64,000 nucleotides of DNA from Eledone cirrhosa (lineage: Eukaryota), in assembly GCA_964016885.1 (NCBI GenBank), contig OZ024742.1, forward strand, positions 148,056,001 through 148,120,000, in the 5' to 3' direction. A program made the position numbers and the translations under genes. Below, piece after piece: positions 25,400 through 39,432 of the stretch. The notes under the pieces are model-generated. The model had not been told where the DNA came from. It saw only the letters and a program-made list of their open reading frames with translations, and ran no database searches. The first letter of the stretch is position 1. Each line of letters starts with the position of its first letter.

Positions 25400-25833
25400 G
25401 AATATGGTTAATTTATTGCTTTTGATAAGATTGATTCAATGATTATCTCAGGAACATATGATCCAGATAATTTTGTAATAAAATTGATAACCATAGTATC
25501 ATAGTAGTGAATGAATTTTGCAATCTTGGTTAACACACTTTTTGCTGAAGCTTTGTTGTTGTTTTTAGCTAATTTTGAGGTGCTTATTTCAAATATGGCA
25601 TCCATTTTCCCCTAACACATCAGGTTTTCATGTTTGTCTTTCGCTCGGCTATCTCATGAACATAGGAAACACGGGTATTTAGTATACCTTACTTGTTGTC
25701 CAAATGAAAACTTGTAATAGAAAAAAAGTAGTCATTTTAAAACTCAGTGGCCCCAAATAACTCAAGAACAGGTCTCAAACTTAGGTCAGTAGAAAAAAAA
25801 AAAAAAAAGCAAAATTTTGTTGACCAGTGTTAT
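25400..25833. mobile_element. Possible non-autonomous DNA transposon remnant
   Basis: The right end reads TAACACTGGTCAACAAAA on -, with an ATATTTGAAAT.AGCAC subterminal motif. No matching left TIR was found. Confidence 0.3.
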
Positions 25834-26215
25834 TAAAAATACATGTAAGACGATGGATTGGCTGTGTTGTTGGAACGTTGGATAAAATGTTTTGCTCTAT
25901 TTGTTCCGACTCTTTACGTTCCGAGTTCAATTAACGCAGAGCGCAACTTTCATCCTCTCGGGGTCGGTAAAATAAAGTACCAACCAAATGCTGGGTTTGT
26001 ACCTAAATTAAATAGACTTTGTGTAAATGCTAGGAACCATTATTACAAATCAATGTAATGACATCAAAGAGATATAAAGAAGAATTTCGATAGTAAAATC
26101 TGGTGTTATCTCTTTTAATAGCATTTAGAAAAATCTCTCGGAAAGCTAAAAAAATTACCTTTACTGCATATTTTGATATTTACAATAACAATGTAAGAAT
26201 CTGAATGCTAATCTT

Positions 26216-26273
<58 letters not shown>

Positions 26274-26864
26274 AAAAAACGATAGAAAAAAGAATTCGGT
26301 GTTATAGAATGCTAAGAATTAGCTGAACCAAAATAAGGGAGACAACTCGGTATGTATTGGACCAAGATAGTATTGAAAAAGAGTTTTGTACAAGTAAAAC
26401 CCGAGATATTTTTTTTTATCTAAGTGTACACGGCCTACATAAATAGTTGTTCCTAGGAAAAAGTCATTAATGCATCGAGTTAATCAATATTTTTCATATG
26501 AAATATTTTAAAAATGTTTTTTATGACTGAATATTTTATCTTATTTCTCTCCCTTACATTGATTGACTCCGATTTTGCACTTGATTTAGCTCGTGCATAG
26601 GGAAGGGAGAGAACTCAGTATGTGTTGGACCAAGGTGAAACCTTAGATATTTTTTAAATTTAAGTGTACATGGTCTACAAAAATGTTGTTCTTTGGAAAA
26701 GCTCACGGAGAAAGCTAAGAGAAAGACACGGTTGGACCCAGAAATACAAATGGCAGAATTGTGTAGCTGTTATTTACGTCCCCAATGCTATTTGGAAATA
26801 CATGAGCTCCACAGCATCTTATGTACAGCTTTCTTTATATACCTGCTACTTCCTATCTGTAAAA

Positions 26865-26973
26865 TACATATATCTATATATATATATAGGTATATATAGG
26901 TATATATATATATATCTATATATATATATATATATCTATATATATATATATATGTATATATGTATATATATAC

Positions 26974-27010
<37 letters not shown>

Positions 27011-27024
27011 TATGTATATGTATA

Positions 27025-27113
<89 letters not shown>

Positions 27114-27118
27114 GTATA

Positions 27119-27185
<67 letters not shown>

Positions 27186-27212
27186 GTATATATATATGTA
27201 TATATATATATG

Positions 27213-27243
<31 letters not shown>

Positions 27244-27244
27244 G

Positions 27245-27320
<76 letters not shown>
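26865..27320. repeat. Long (TA)n/(TATG) compound microsatellite
   Basis: About 450 bp of TA with periodic G interruptions. Confidence 0.97.
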
Positions 27321-27322
<2 letters not shown>

Positions 27323-27957
27323 AATTTAAGTGTATTACGAAAAGATTGTCTCATCTGACATATATTAATCAAAGCTTTTCTTTTTTAAATTTTCCTTGCT
27401 AAAGTTTGACCGAAATGAATGAAATATAAATATAAAAAATAGAATAGCAAATATTTTTCATTATAAAAATTGGATTGATAAAACATTAACTGTAAATCAC
27501 TGATTCCCAGAGTTAATGCTACCTTAGGCTCATTGGGAGCTGCCACACTTTGTGGGAAGGAAAAACATCGATTACAGCGATTCCAGTATGATGAAAGACA
27601 AATTTGATTCAGAGCGCAGAATACGAAAATGAATACTGTAAAGCATACTATCGGACGCTCTAACGACTCAACCAATTAACTGCCACTTTTCTGCTTTAAA
27701 TCACAAGGAAAGCATGCATAAAACACTGAAAAGTAATTTGTATAATTTATCAATTTTGTTTTAAAAGATCACCTATATAAAACTATTGCTGGTACGCAGA
27801 GTAGTTGCGTTATTCAGGCTTGTTTACTTGTAGCCTCGAATTCAAAGTTAAAACAGAATATCCTGTTTGGATTAGTTTACAATTTTAGGTTCATCTTAAA
27901 TGATTACACAACCAACAAGTTGGGATGACAGATTAGAATGACGGAAAGCATAAAGAT

Positions 27958-28100
27958 AAGCATAGTTACGTCTCTTTACAGTCTGAGTTCAAATCCTGTC
28001 GAGGTTAACTTTGCCTTTCATCCTTATGGGGTCGATAAAATAAAGTACCAGTAATGTACTGGGTAATTGCTGGCCTTGTGCCTAAAGTAGAAACAATTAT
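27958..28100 (+). mobile_element. SINE, 5'-truncated (another at 28430-28580)
   Basis: Matches the SINE consensus seen elsewhere in the window. Confidence 0.85.
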
Positions 28101-28194
28101 TATAGTGTAGATTAGTACCAGGCATAACTACAAATCTACCCATACAGTCTATCTCACGTTTTCTATATAGATAATGAAGACAACCACAAGGATA

Positions 28195-28357
28195 TGGTCC
28201 GAATGTGGAAGGGCCGAACTCCCACTGTCATCGCCTCCATCTCTCTCGCTCTCCCCATCTCTCTGTATGGTGAGCAAATGGCGTCCCACGTGCTGGCCTC
28301 CCCACAGCCCCGGCGGACAGAACGGAGAAAGCGTTTTCCCGGAGGATGGTAAGGGAA
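28195..28357 (-). mobile_element. 3' terminal fragment of a CRE-like element
   Basis: 28264-28357 matches 18516-18607; 28195-28245 matches 17516-17565. Confidence 0.8.
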
Positions 28358-28959
28358 ATTTCAAGATCGCTTTGGTTTTCTTCCCTGTCTTCCACTACTT
28401 CATATTTTTTATAGCTTCTTTCATTTGTTCACGTTCTGAGTTCAAATTTCACCGGGATAGCTTTGCCTTTCATCCTTAAGGGGTCGATAAAATAAAGCAC
28501 CAGTAACACACTGGAGTCGATTTAATCGACCCCCTCCCCCTCCTCAAAATTGTTGATCTTGTGCCTAAATCAGAAACCCTTTTATTTCTTCTCTCTTTCT
28601 AATCTTCTCCTTCTTTATTTTAGTTCCATCTTTATTTCTAGCTCTCACATTCTATTCCAAATAATCTTCTTATTTATCTGATCATTCTCACTAATAGATT
28701 TGGACTAATCTGCCCCCCCCCCCCACCTCCCCATAGTTAAACCTACATCCAGCACCTCACACTCAATTAATAAAAGTAGCATATTCATCTAGAAACGGGG
28801 ATGGTTCTATGTAACTGGTCGGCTTTTTCCAATATAACAGCTAAATCTGCATCACATTTAAATCTAGACACACCATTTAAATCTAGAATTTGATCGGCTA
28901 CCTCTGTGCCACAAATATGTTAAAGAACTTAACGGACCAATTCAACAACAACAGTATTT

Positions 28960-28999
<40 letters not shown>

Positions 29000-29002
29000 C
29001 AA

Positions 29003-29033
<31 letters not shown>

Positions 29034-29355
29034 AACAACAACAACATATATGTTTACGTATTTTAGATATCCCTGCCATAATTAGAACACCTTTGTTCAA
29101 AGATCTCCTGGTTCAGAGTTCACCTAGGGCTAAACAACAACAAAAGTAATAATTCTTAGACAAATAGATGAATGATATGACATTTAGTGAAGGATTGGGG
29201 ATTGTAGTAGCGATAAAAGGCAACGAGAGAAGTAAGAGTGCCATGTAAAGAATTGTTTTAGTTACCTGATCGAACAGACAAATTATCAAAGTTCTTTAAG
29301 CCGTGACTATATTTCTTTTTCGAACAAAATGCATTTACAACTACATTATCTATAG

Positions 29356-29562
29356 CAGGCATGTCAAACTAAGGGTCACCCCGAGGGCCATATGGGTCAC
29401 ATATGTGTTGTCTGAGGGCCACACACGACAACTAATTGCGCACATTACAACTAATTTTACGAAGATAAAGCATGCTCGTGCTGTAAAAACCTTTGGTGCG
29501 GGCCGCAGATGTGCTTGTAAAGGGCAAAACGCGGCCCGCAAGCCGCATGTTTGACATGCCTG
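29356..29562. mobile_element. hAT (Buster/Charlie-type) MITE
   Basis: Perfect 14-bp TIR CAGGCATGTCAAAC / GTTTGACATGCCTG; perfect 8-bp TSD ATCTATAG (29348-29355, 29563-29570). Confidence 0.95.
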
Positions 29563-29891
29563 ATCTATAGTGTTCTTTCATTTTAACAAAGCAGGATGTG
29601 ATTTTGTGCTATTTCCAACTGATGGAACGATTACGTAAGCGGCTCTCTCGGCGACCTGTGGACAAGTGACTGTACTCTGTTGCGACGTGAATCTTTGTTA
29701 ATAAGATGAAGAGCCAGTTTTTAGACAGGGTATATGATGTTTGAGGCGGGGAATTAGCAGAGTCGTTAGAACCGGATAGAATGCTATTCGGTATTCGTTC
29801 CAGCTCTCTGGAATTTAAGTTCAAATCCCGCCAAGGTCAATATAGCCTTTTATCTTTTCGCAATCGGTAAAAAAAGTACTACTCCAATACT

Positions 29892-30079
29892 TGTTTCTAC
29901 TTTAGGCACAAGGCCAGCAATTACCCAGTGCATTACTGGTACTTTATTTTATCGACCCCGTAAGGATGAAAGGCAAAGTCAACCTCGGCGGGATTTGAAC
30001 TCAGACCATAAAGGGACGTAACTATGCTGGAAAGCATGGCGTCCGACCCTCTACCGATACTGCCAATCCACCGCCCTTT
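29892..30079 (-). mobile_element. Young SINE nested in an older long-tailed SINE (29745-30250 +)
   Basis: TSD GTACTACTCCAATACT on both sides; the host SINE continues after the insert. Confidence 0.88.
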
Positions 30080-31214
30080 GTACTACTCCAATACTGCTGT
30101 CCATTCTTCCTTTGTATTTCTCTCTCAATTCCTCTTTATCACTTTCTCTCCTTCCTTGGAAGAAATGGGCCGTGTTCAGATCTGGGTTTCGACAGGTTGA
30201 AAATGCCCAAGGCACGTTGTATATCATTATGGCACTTCTACAACTCCACCCACTCATCCGTCCATTCATCCATCCCTCAACCTATCCGTCATTCCACAAA
30301 CCCATCCATCCACCTGCCCATTCATCCAAACCCATCCATCCTGTAATATATTTCAGCACGCAGCCGGTACACGGTTGACATGTGATAAACAAACTATTGT
30401 AGGTTATTTTATTAATTTAATTATTTTATCTCGCAGGTTTCATTAGTTCACTGCATTTCTGATGGTGAGAGTGGAAAGACAAAACGCACAGATACGCACA
30501 CACACCACACGCACACGCACATACACACACACGCACACGCACACGCACACGCACACGCACACACACATCAATTCTTAACGAAATAGTTAAAAGGAGGTGT
30601 TAATCCAGCTTCTAAAAACAACAACAAAAAAGTACACTTCGCATAATTGAAATTATTAAGAACTGCTATCGTATTTATATGTGATAGCAGCCAACTGAAT
30701 TTCAAAGATAACGCCCAATTGAGATTTTTACGACTAAATCACCCCAAGAACTAATAAATCAAAGGCTCATACTTGGAAAAATCATTGCACATTACTTTGA
30801 AATTTCCGTATAAAAAGATTATAGCTAAGGATGCTATTCATTCATACATTCTAGCTAAATGATAACAACGAAAGAATTACAGTTACGAAATGTTTGTTGA
30901 TTAGGAATTAATTCCGACGTTGCCATAATAAATATCTCTTATATTGTCAAACAACGAAGAATACTAACATGCATGAATCTCTTGGATAATAGTTGTCATA
31001 GAATTAGTATATAATAAAAATATGTATATGTAAACGGTTTCCTTCAGAAGAAAGTATCATGGCGATTGTTAATCAATTTAGCAAATGACCAGTTTCATAC
31101 GAGTATAATGGAAAATATCATTACAAGTAAAGGTACTTATGACCAGATTCCATTCCAACCAACTAGTTGTAAGTCGATATGGTTGTAACTTGACATGGAG
31201 ATGATACATATGCA

Positions 31215-31360
31215 GACCCGTCAACTCTCCCCGTACATTTTGGGGTGGGTGAGAGATGTCTTCTCTTGTGAAAATGGGTATAGTTTTCATTATCTAAAAT
31301 CTCCCCATTTTGCCTCATTTCTCCTCATTTTAGGGTATTTTTTCTCATGGTACTCCCCGT
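31215..31360. repeat. Dispersed repeat (second copy 57200-57357)
   Basis: Shared CTCTTGTGAAAATGGGTATAG...AAAATCTCCC.ATTTTGCCTCA; class not determined. Confidence 0.7.
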
Positions 31361-32450
31361 TTGGACTTTTAGATATTAGCAGGTTTGCATATGCATTACT
31401 CAAATGTAGGAGGTCAATTTGGAAGAGTCGTCAGAGCTTTGGATCTTATTCCTGGGTTCTTATCCTGAGTTTAAATCCCACCGAGATACACTTCGCCTTT
31501 CATACGTTCGCGGCCGATAAAGATCATACCAGCCCAGTACTGGTGCAGCCCACACTCTCTCCTTCTAGCTGGCACATCCTGAATGTTCCACTGAATCAAT
31601 AGAGAGAGGCTGTCTGTGTCTACATAGGTACCTAAACCCCACAGTGAAAGCACGATACTTACTACCACGCCATAGTTGATTGTGAGTGTAGACTGTAGTT
31701 TTAGTTTAGTAGTTTTACTCATATGTACTGTACATGCTCAAGCATGGTTTTTATTTTTTTCTGTAAGCATGTTCAGGCGTAAAAATATTTGAATTTAACT
31801 GCCGAAGCATAACAGATGCATAGGTCGTATCTCGGGGAATGTCTGTATTATATTACTTATGGTTGACTCAAACTCTTGTAAACTTCTGATCATGGACACC
31901 ATTTTCTAAGTTCAGATTAGAAAAATAAATTCTATGAAGAAGGTTAAGTAGTATATAGGGGCAGCTTTTCTACCGAGAAACATAATCGCCATGCATACAA
32001 TATATGTTATGATACCTTAACTTAGTATATAACTACTCCACATACTTAATTTGTTGAGCTGATTATACTGTGACTAGTACCAGTACTATTTCTATCTGTC
32101 GTCACAGTTAAAATGTTCTTCACACCATGCGGTCTACAGTTTTGGCTGACTCTCGAGTCCCGACAAATATAAAGGAATTTTGTACTTTATTGGAACTTAT
32201 CTAAAGACGATTCCTCTGATGATTAATTTTGCGTCTTCCGTAACCTTACCAATATCGATTTTTGCATCGGTTTACGAACTATGAAACGGTGTCGTAAGGA
32301 AAATAAGAACTTTTCAGCCTTAAAGTATGCACTTTTTCCTAAATAACAAATGCTTTATATATATGTACAAAATACTATGTATTTTTTCTAACGATATGTG
32401 GCTCTATATATACATATACCTTTTAATTTGAATTATGTGTGTGTGTGTGT

Positions 32451-32535
<85 letters not shown>

Positions 32536-33164
32536 TGTGAGTGTGCGTGTGTCTGCGTGTGACTGTTTGCCTGTCCGTCTGTCCGTCCGTGTTTGTGTTT
32601 ACGTTTGTACCATATTTAAAATATTAATTACTGGGGTCGATATGATTGACTGAAAATCAAAGCGGTGCTCCGGCATGGTCTCAAAACAACTAAAAGAGTA
32701 AAATAACAGTGATGACAGCGATACTTTTTCACCGTTGCCATTGTGAAGTTGAGGTATACATAAAGTTGTTGAGGCTACATGCTTAGATTTGAGTTAGGGA
32801 ACCATGTCAACAAAGTCTTCTGCTTCGATTGCATTTTTGATATTCTCCTTTTCGTAACACATCGAAAATCTGTTTCGTTCCTGTAGATTCATTATACGGG
32901 ATTAACCGCATGATTTCCATTAAGCGCATGCACTCATTAGTTTTTGATTTCTTTTTCGGATTGATTATGACGAAAGCTGCTTAACTAAATCTATTGTACC
33001 GTAAGTATAAATATCGGCGTTTATTTTGCTTCTGTTCTTAAATTATTTTCAAGAAGAGTTTAATTTGTTCTTCTTTAAATGTAAATATGCATGTTACTTA
33101 AAGTATGTTGAAGTTCTTTTATATACAGGACTACATAGTTTTAGCATACTTTTACACATAACGA

Positions 33165-33381
33165 AGGCGGTAATTGGCAGTATCAATAGAGCGTCAGATA
33201 CCATGCTTTGCAGCATAGAGTTATGGCCCTTTACGTTCTGAGTTCAAATCCCGCCGAAGTTAACTTTGCCTTTCTTCCTTAGGGGGTGGATAAAATAAAG
33301 CACCAGTAATACACTGGGGTCGATTTAATCGACTTTTCCCTCCCCAAATGTTGCTGGCCTTGTGCCTATAGTAGAAATCAT
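33165..33381 (+). mobile_element. Full-length SINE (longer variant with GGGGTCGATTTAATCGAC)
   Basis: A/B boxes, core and tail; the flank TTTTACAC.TAACG is duplicated. Confidence 0.88.
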
Positions 33382-34632
33382 AATTTTACACCTAACGGAT
33401 TTCTTTTTACGTTAGGCTGTAAAGTAAAGGTCCTCCTCGTCGTCGTCGTCATCGTCCGTATCATCGTCATCATTCCCATCCTCGCCATAGCCACCCCCTC
33501 AAACACCATCATAGAGTTAGATACATGACTTGTATGAAGGATAGATATGGCTTATTAAGGTCCACAGTAAGACACGTGTGAAGAGGATATAATTTTGAAG
33601 TAACAGTCTAGAATGTTTGAGTGATTGATAAGTGTACAGACAGATTTGTAATTTATTTTTCACCGTTAAGTATATTTGTGTTATGTATAGAATTTATCTG
33701 AAGTAATCTCTAGCTTTGCTGGAGTCTTGGCTAAGTTGCTGTTTTGTTATATACAAATTAAGTGGTCAGCATAAAACTATATGACAGGATTTAGTATTTG
33801 TTAAAATAGTATTAAACAGAGACAAGGCTATGGAAACTATGCTTTTTTAAAAATTACTTTAATGTTTTTTTATAATGCTTATTTAACATTGAATAAACGA
33901 AATATTTTTCACCAGTGATGGAAGCTGTATATAACCAAAAGAGCAGACGTTTCATAAGACTACAACATCGTTTAATTACGCTAAAGAAAATATTTCTTTT
34001 ACTAAGCCAAAAACAGGCTTAGAAATTCAACCAGAATAATACACATGAATAAATTAAAATAGTGAAGATTACATAAATGTGTTAACTAAAGATTGGCAAG
34101 GAAAACAAAGAATCTTTGTCTGTAACATCACATATTCAATGAAGTCTACAAGCGAAATGAAATGAAGCTGAAAGCCGGATTTGTCCTGCCGAACGTAGTT
34201 TGCTGACCACTGATATAGTGACAATTTGATACATCCTTAGAGAATTTTAAATGCCTATCAACTTCATTTCATCAAAGGCTATAAGACGGAGTATAAGAAT
34301 AGCAAAAGATATGTTCAATTCATTTATGATTCATGTATTGCAATGCTACAAACATCCTTCGCTTAAAATATGGCTGATGAATATACTTTTGTTTTTGTTA
34401 AGTGCTTTTGTATTAAATATTAAGTGTTTTAAAGCATGCAAATGCTTTTAATTGTTATTTTTGATGCATGGCTGCTGTTTAAAAGAGATTATATCTACCT
34501 ATCAATCTATCTATAGACATATATGTGTATGTATATTCTTGACTGATGACTCTAATAATACAAGAGATATTCCAGAGTAACTCGACTTTAATAAAAGCAT
34601 TAATCTTTACGATACATGTATAAATATATATA

Positions 34633-34780
34633 CTAGCACAGTACCCGTCAAAAATGAAGGGGTTTATAGTAAAACATATTTAATAATTCCTTGATTATAA
34701 CTGTGTGTGTAAATATATTTTAACTCTCGATTCAATCGTCGTATTTCGTTTTACATTCATTAAAATCAATTACAATAATT
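34633..34780 (-). mobile_element. Helitron-like 3' terminus
   Basis: On the - strand, hairpin ACCC.TTCATTTTTGACGGGT then ACTGTG-CTAG (34633-34636). The upstream extent is uncertain. Confidence 0.55.
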
Positions 34781-34843
34781 TTCTATCTACCTATCTAACT
34801 ACCTATCTACCTATCTATCTAGCCTTGTTAATCTATCTATCTA

Positions 34844-36510
34844 GAAAGCGGTGTCGGCCTACGCCGATGACGTAACAGTAATGGTGTCGACGGCCTCGGA
34901 AATCGGGGCGATCGGCACCTTACTGGAGGAGTACGAAAGGTTTACAGGGGCTAAGCTGAAGCGGGACAAGTCGATCGGTCTGCAACTCGGCACGCGGAGG
35001 GGCAGATCGATGCCCTTCGATGGCGTCGTCGGGCGCTGGACGGAGGGCCCGGTGAAGTTGCTCGGGGTCTGGTTCGGACCAGACCTCCAGGTGGAGAAGA
35101 ACTGGGGTGAGGTAACGAACAGGGTGTTTGCACTGACCCAGAAGTGGGCCGAGTGCAAACTGTCCCTGAAAGGTCGGGCGGAGGTGGCGAACACTTATAT
35201 AGCGTCTGTCATCTACTACCGCTTGACCGTTGTGCCTTGCCCAAGAGAAACGCTCACCAAAAGGGAGCGCGCACTCTTCCAATTCCTTTGGAAGAAGCGA
35301 GCTCCTATGGCGAAGAGATCCATCTGCTGTCAACACCCTTCGAAAGGAGGGCTGGGGATGCCGTGGCTAATGATACGTAAACACGCATGAAGGCTACGGC
35401 ACCTCCAGGTATTCCTCACCGGTCAACCGGTGTGGGCCCCGTTTGTGAGGCGAGCCTTTCCCAGATTCGTCTCGCTCACCGAGCTGCAATCCTGGGTCAA
35501 GCAAAGACCGAGAAAACTGGGCGCCTGGCACACCGAGTGTGCCCAGGTGCTCACGGCTCTCTGGCAGGCGGACCCGGCTGTCAGTGGAGAATCCACCTCG
35601 TCATTCTATAGAGGGCTGGTGGTTAGCAGGTGCGACGACGCCCTCGGAGAAGCCCTAGGCATGGAGGAAGACGAACTGGCCAGCTTATTCGGTAGGACAT
35701 TCAGCCCAGGACCCATGGATAACTTCCAGAGGTCTCTGGCCTGGCAGTGCTACCGAGGGGCTCTGCCCGTTCGAGAAAGGCTCTGCAGACACGGGCGCCC
35801 GGGTAGGGACCTTTCGAAAAAGATCTGTCCCAGATGCGTGTGCGACGAGGAAACCGTTGCATACGCATTGGTACACTGCTCGGGCATTGCCGATCTGTGG
35901 GGCTATGTCGAACAACTGCTGTCAAGGGTAGGACCGATCCGGTTGACCACCGAGTCTATTGTAACGATCAAGCCGCCTCCCTTCTTCAAAAACGAAGGAG
36001 AGGCCGTGTTTCTGTGCGTAGTAGCCATGGCGAAAGAGGTTGTATGGTGGACGCGTCTGAAAGGACTGAGGTCAGACACCTTTCTCTCTGGCCAACAACT
36101 GGTCCGTTTCTTCCAATATCATTTCGGAAGAAGGATCAGGATGGAGAGAGAGGTGCTGCACCCCAGCCGTTTCTATGAAAGATGGGTGAAAGTGGGGAGA
36201 ATGGCCTGTGTGAATGGGCCTTCACTCTACATCAGACTGTAGGTGAGAAAGATGAAAGTTCATGGGAGCACCCTCTCTCTGTGTTTCTGAGGAGAAGGGT
36301 TGCACACTTTTTTCGGGGGTGTGTGCGACCCCCCAAGGCGCCTCCTCCCTATTGAGGATTTTGTTTTTCAATTTATTTTTGTTATATTTTATATTTTATA
36401 TTTTTATATTTTGTTATTGCCTCCTCCTTATTGAGGACGCCTTGTTATGTAAACTCCCCCCATTGTATTTGTCCCACTCTTTGATGCCCTGGTGGCAAAT
36501 AAAAAGAAAG
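34844..36510 (+). mobile_element. Tx1/L1-clade LINE, 5'-truncated, copy 1
   Basis: SAYADDVTV (RT), KLLGVWF, LSLKGR...NT, GGLG, zf-RVT-like W..YRGALP...CPRC...ET...C; 3' AATAAA then (TCTA)n; one in-frame stop at 35388-35390. Confidence 0.9.
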
Positions 36511-36534
36511 TTATCTATCTATCTATCTATCTAT

Positions 36535-38067
36535 CCCGCTGACGGGAGCAAAACTAAACCCAGACAAGTCTGTCGGTTTGCAACTCGGTACGTGGAGAGG
36601 CAAACCGATGACATCCGACAGCGTCGTTGGACGCTGGACGGACGGACCGGTGAAATTGCTCGGGGTCTGGTTCGGTCCAGACCTCCAGGTGGAGAAAAAC
36701 TGGAACGAGGTCACGGCCAAGGTGTTTGCACTCACTCAGAAGTGGGCAGAGTGCAAACTGTCCTTGAAAGGTCGAGCGGAGATGGCGAACACTTTCATAG
36801 CGTCCGTCATCTACTACCGCTTGACTGTCGTGCCTTGTCCCCGTGAACACCTCGCCAAGATGGAACGCATGCTCTTCCAGTTTCTGTGGAAGAAGCAGGC
36901 TCCGCTGGTGAGGAGATCCGTCTGCTCTCAGCACCCTTCCAACGGAGGGCTGGGAATGTCGTGGCTGATGATGCGCTGAGGCTGCGGCATCTCCAGGTAT
37001 CCCTCACCGACCCCCAACCGGTGTGGGCACCGTTTGTGAGACAGGCTTTCCCACAGCTCGTCTCGCTAACGGAGCTGCACTCCTGGGTGAAGAAAAGACC
37101 GAAAACGATGGGCGCCTGGCACATTGAATGCGCTCAGGCGCTCACAATCCCCTGGCAAGCGGGCGCAGCAATCAGTGGAGACTCCACTTCGACATTCTAT
37201 AGAGGGATTGTACGTTACAAGGGCAACGACGTGCTCGGAGAGACTCTGGGCGTCGAAGACGATGAGCTCACCAGTCTGTTTGGTAGGACTTTCCGCCCGG
37301 GACCTATGGACAACTTCCAGAGGTCCCTGGCCTGGCAGTGCTACCGAGGAGCTCTACCGGTTCGTGACAAGATCTACAGGCACGGACGCCCTGGCAGGGA
37401 TCCTTCCAAGAGGACGTGTCCAAGATGTGCGCAGGACATTGAAACAGTTCTGCACGCAATTGTACACTGCCCGGGCGTAAGCGACCTGTGGAACTATGCA
37501 GAACAACTGCTGTCGCGTATGGGACAAATCCAGTTGACTGCCGAGTCCATAGTAAGGATCAAACCGCCAGACTCTTTCAAAAACGAAAGAGAGGCGGTTT
37601 TCCTCTGTACGGTGGCTATGGTGAAAGAAGTTATATGGTGGACGAGGTTGAGAGGACTGAGGACAGATGCCTTTCTCTCCGGACAACAATTGATTCCCTT
37701 CTTTAAGTATCACTTTAGAAGGAGAATCAGGGTGGAGAGAGAGGCACTGCACCCCAGTAAATTTACTGAAAGGTGGGTGAATGAAGCGAAAATGGCCCGA
37801 GTGATTGGGCTTTCTCTGTTTATAAGCCTGTAGGTTGAGGAAGAGAGCAAAAGGAAGAAAGGAGCACTTGCACAACACGCTCCTTGAGTTGAGGGTTGTT
37901 CTATCGACGGGGTATTAAACAACCCATTTGTGGCGCCTCCCCCCTATTGGGGATTTCGATTGTTGAAATTGTTTGTTTTTATATTTTTTACACGACTGTA
38001 TGTAAAATCCCCGGCATGTCTTTGTATTGTCCCCTTTTCTTGTTGCGCCCTTGTGGCTAATAAAGAA
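36535..38067 (+). mobile_element. Tx1/L1-clade LINE, 5'-truncated, copy 2 (more diverged subfamily)
   Basis: Homologous ORFs 36578-36979 and 36886-37833 joined by a frameshift; ends AATAAAGAA-(ATCT)n. Confidence 0.9.
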
Positions 38068-38150
<83 letters not shown>

Positions 38151-38153
<3 letters not shown>

Positions 38154-39390
38154 GTAGAACGACTATTGTCGCGGGTGGGACCAATCCGGTTGACCACCGA
38201 GTCCATTGTCATGATCCTTTGGTAAGAAGATCCATCTGCTGCCAACACCCTTCTAACGGAGGGCTGGGGATGCCGTGGTTGACGATGCGCAAACACGCGC
38301 TCAGGCTGCGGCATCTCTACGTATTCCTCACCGGACAACCGGTGTGGGCCCCGTTCGTGAGGCGAGCCTTCCCACGACTCGTCTCACTGACCGAGCTGCA
38401 GTCCTGGGTCAAGCAGAGACCGAGGAAAATGGGCGACTGGCACATCGAATGTGCTCAGGCGCTCACAGCCCTCTGGCAGGCGGACCCGGCGATCAGTGGA
38501 GACTCCACTTCGTCATTCTATAGAGGGTTGGTCCGCAGCAAGTGCGACGACGCGCTCGGTGAAACTCTAGGCGTGGAGGAAGATGAACTGGCCAGTCTGT
38601 TCGGTAGGACCTTCCGCCCGGGACCGATGGACAACTTCCAAAAGTCCCTGGCCTGGCAGTGCTACCGAGGAGCTCTACCAGTTCGAGACAAGCTCTACAG
38701 ACATGGGCGCCCGGGCAGGGACCCTGCAAAAAAGATCTGTCCGAGGTGCGTGCGAGACGAAGAAACCGTCGCGCACGCATTCATACACTGCCCGGGCGTC
38801 ACTGACCTGTGGGGATATGTAGAACGACTATTGTCGCGGGTGGGACCAATCCAGTTGACCACCGAGTCCATTGTCATGATCAAACCGCCACCCTCCTTCA
38901 AAAACGAAGGAGAGGCGGTTTTCCTTTGTGTGATAGCTATGGCGAAAGAGGTTGTATGGTGGACAAGGTTGAAAGGGCTGAGGTCAGACACCTTTCTCTC
39001 CGGCCAACAACTGATTCTTTTTTTCAAATACCACTTTGGAAGAAGAATCAGGATGGAGAGAGAGGTGCTGTACCCCAGCAAGTTTTATGAAAGGTGGGTG
39101 AAAGTGGCGAGAATGGCCCGAGTGAATGGGCCTTCTCTCTATATCAGCCTGTAGATTGAGGAAAAGGAGGAGGAGAGGAAAGGAGTACAAGCTCTTCGTA
39201 CTCCTGGAGATGAGGGTTGCACATTTTTTTCGGGGGTATGTGTTACCCATATAAACTGTCTCCCTCTATTGGGGAAAATCGACTAACTTTTAAATTCCAT
39301 CTGTGATAACATTTTACACGTTTTTATTGTATGTAAACTTCCCCCTTTGTATTTGTCCCCTTCTTTTGTGCCCCTGTGGCTAATAAAGAA
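38151..39390 (+). mobile_element. Tx1/L1-clade LINE, 5'-truncated, copy 3
   Basis: Open frame to 39154, homologous to copies 1 and 2; ends AATAAAGAAA then (ATCT)n. Confidence 0.9.
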
Positions 39391-39393
39391 ATA

Positions 39394-39432
<39 letters not shown>

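Noticed and set aside
26664-27402. Long YI/IY-repeat ORFs, and the many HT/CV/SL/poly-S/poly-P ORFs elsewhere
   Set aside because: They are translations of microsatellites with no stop in frame, not genes.
32700-32885. Exon-like stretch on the - strand
   Set aside because: Only short frames and no recognisable protein motif.
34535-34600. CTGATGA followed by a small stem and AATAAA
   Set aside because: GATA replaces GAAA and stem I is unconvincing; at most a dead pLTR remnant.
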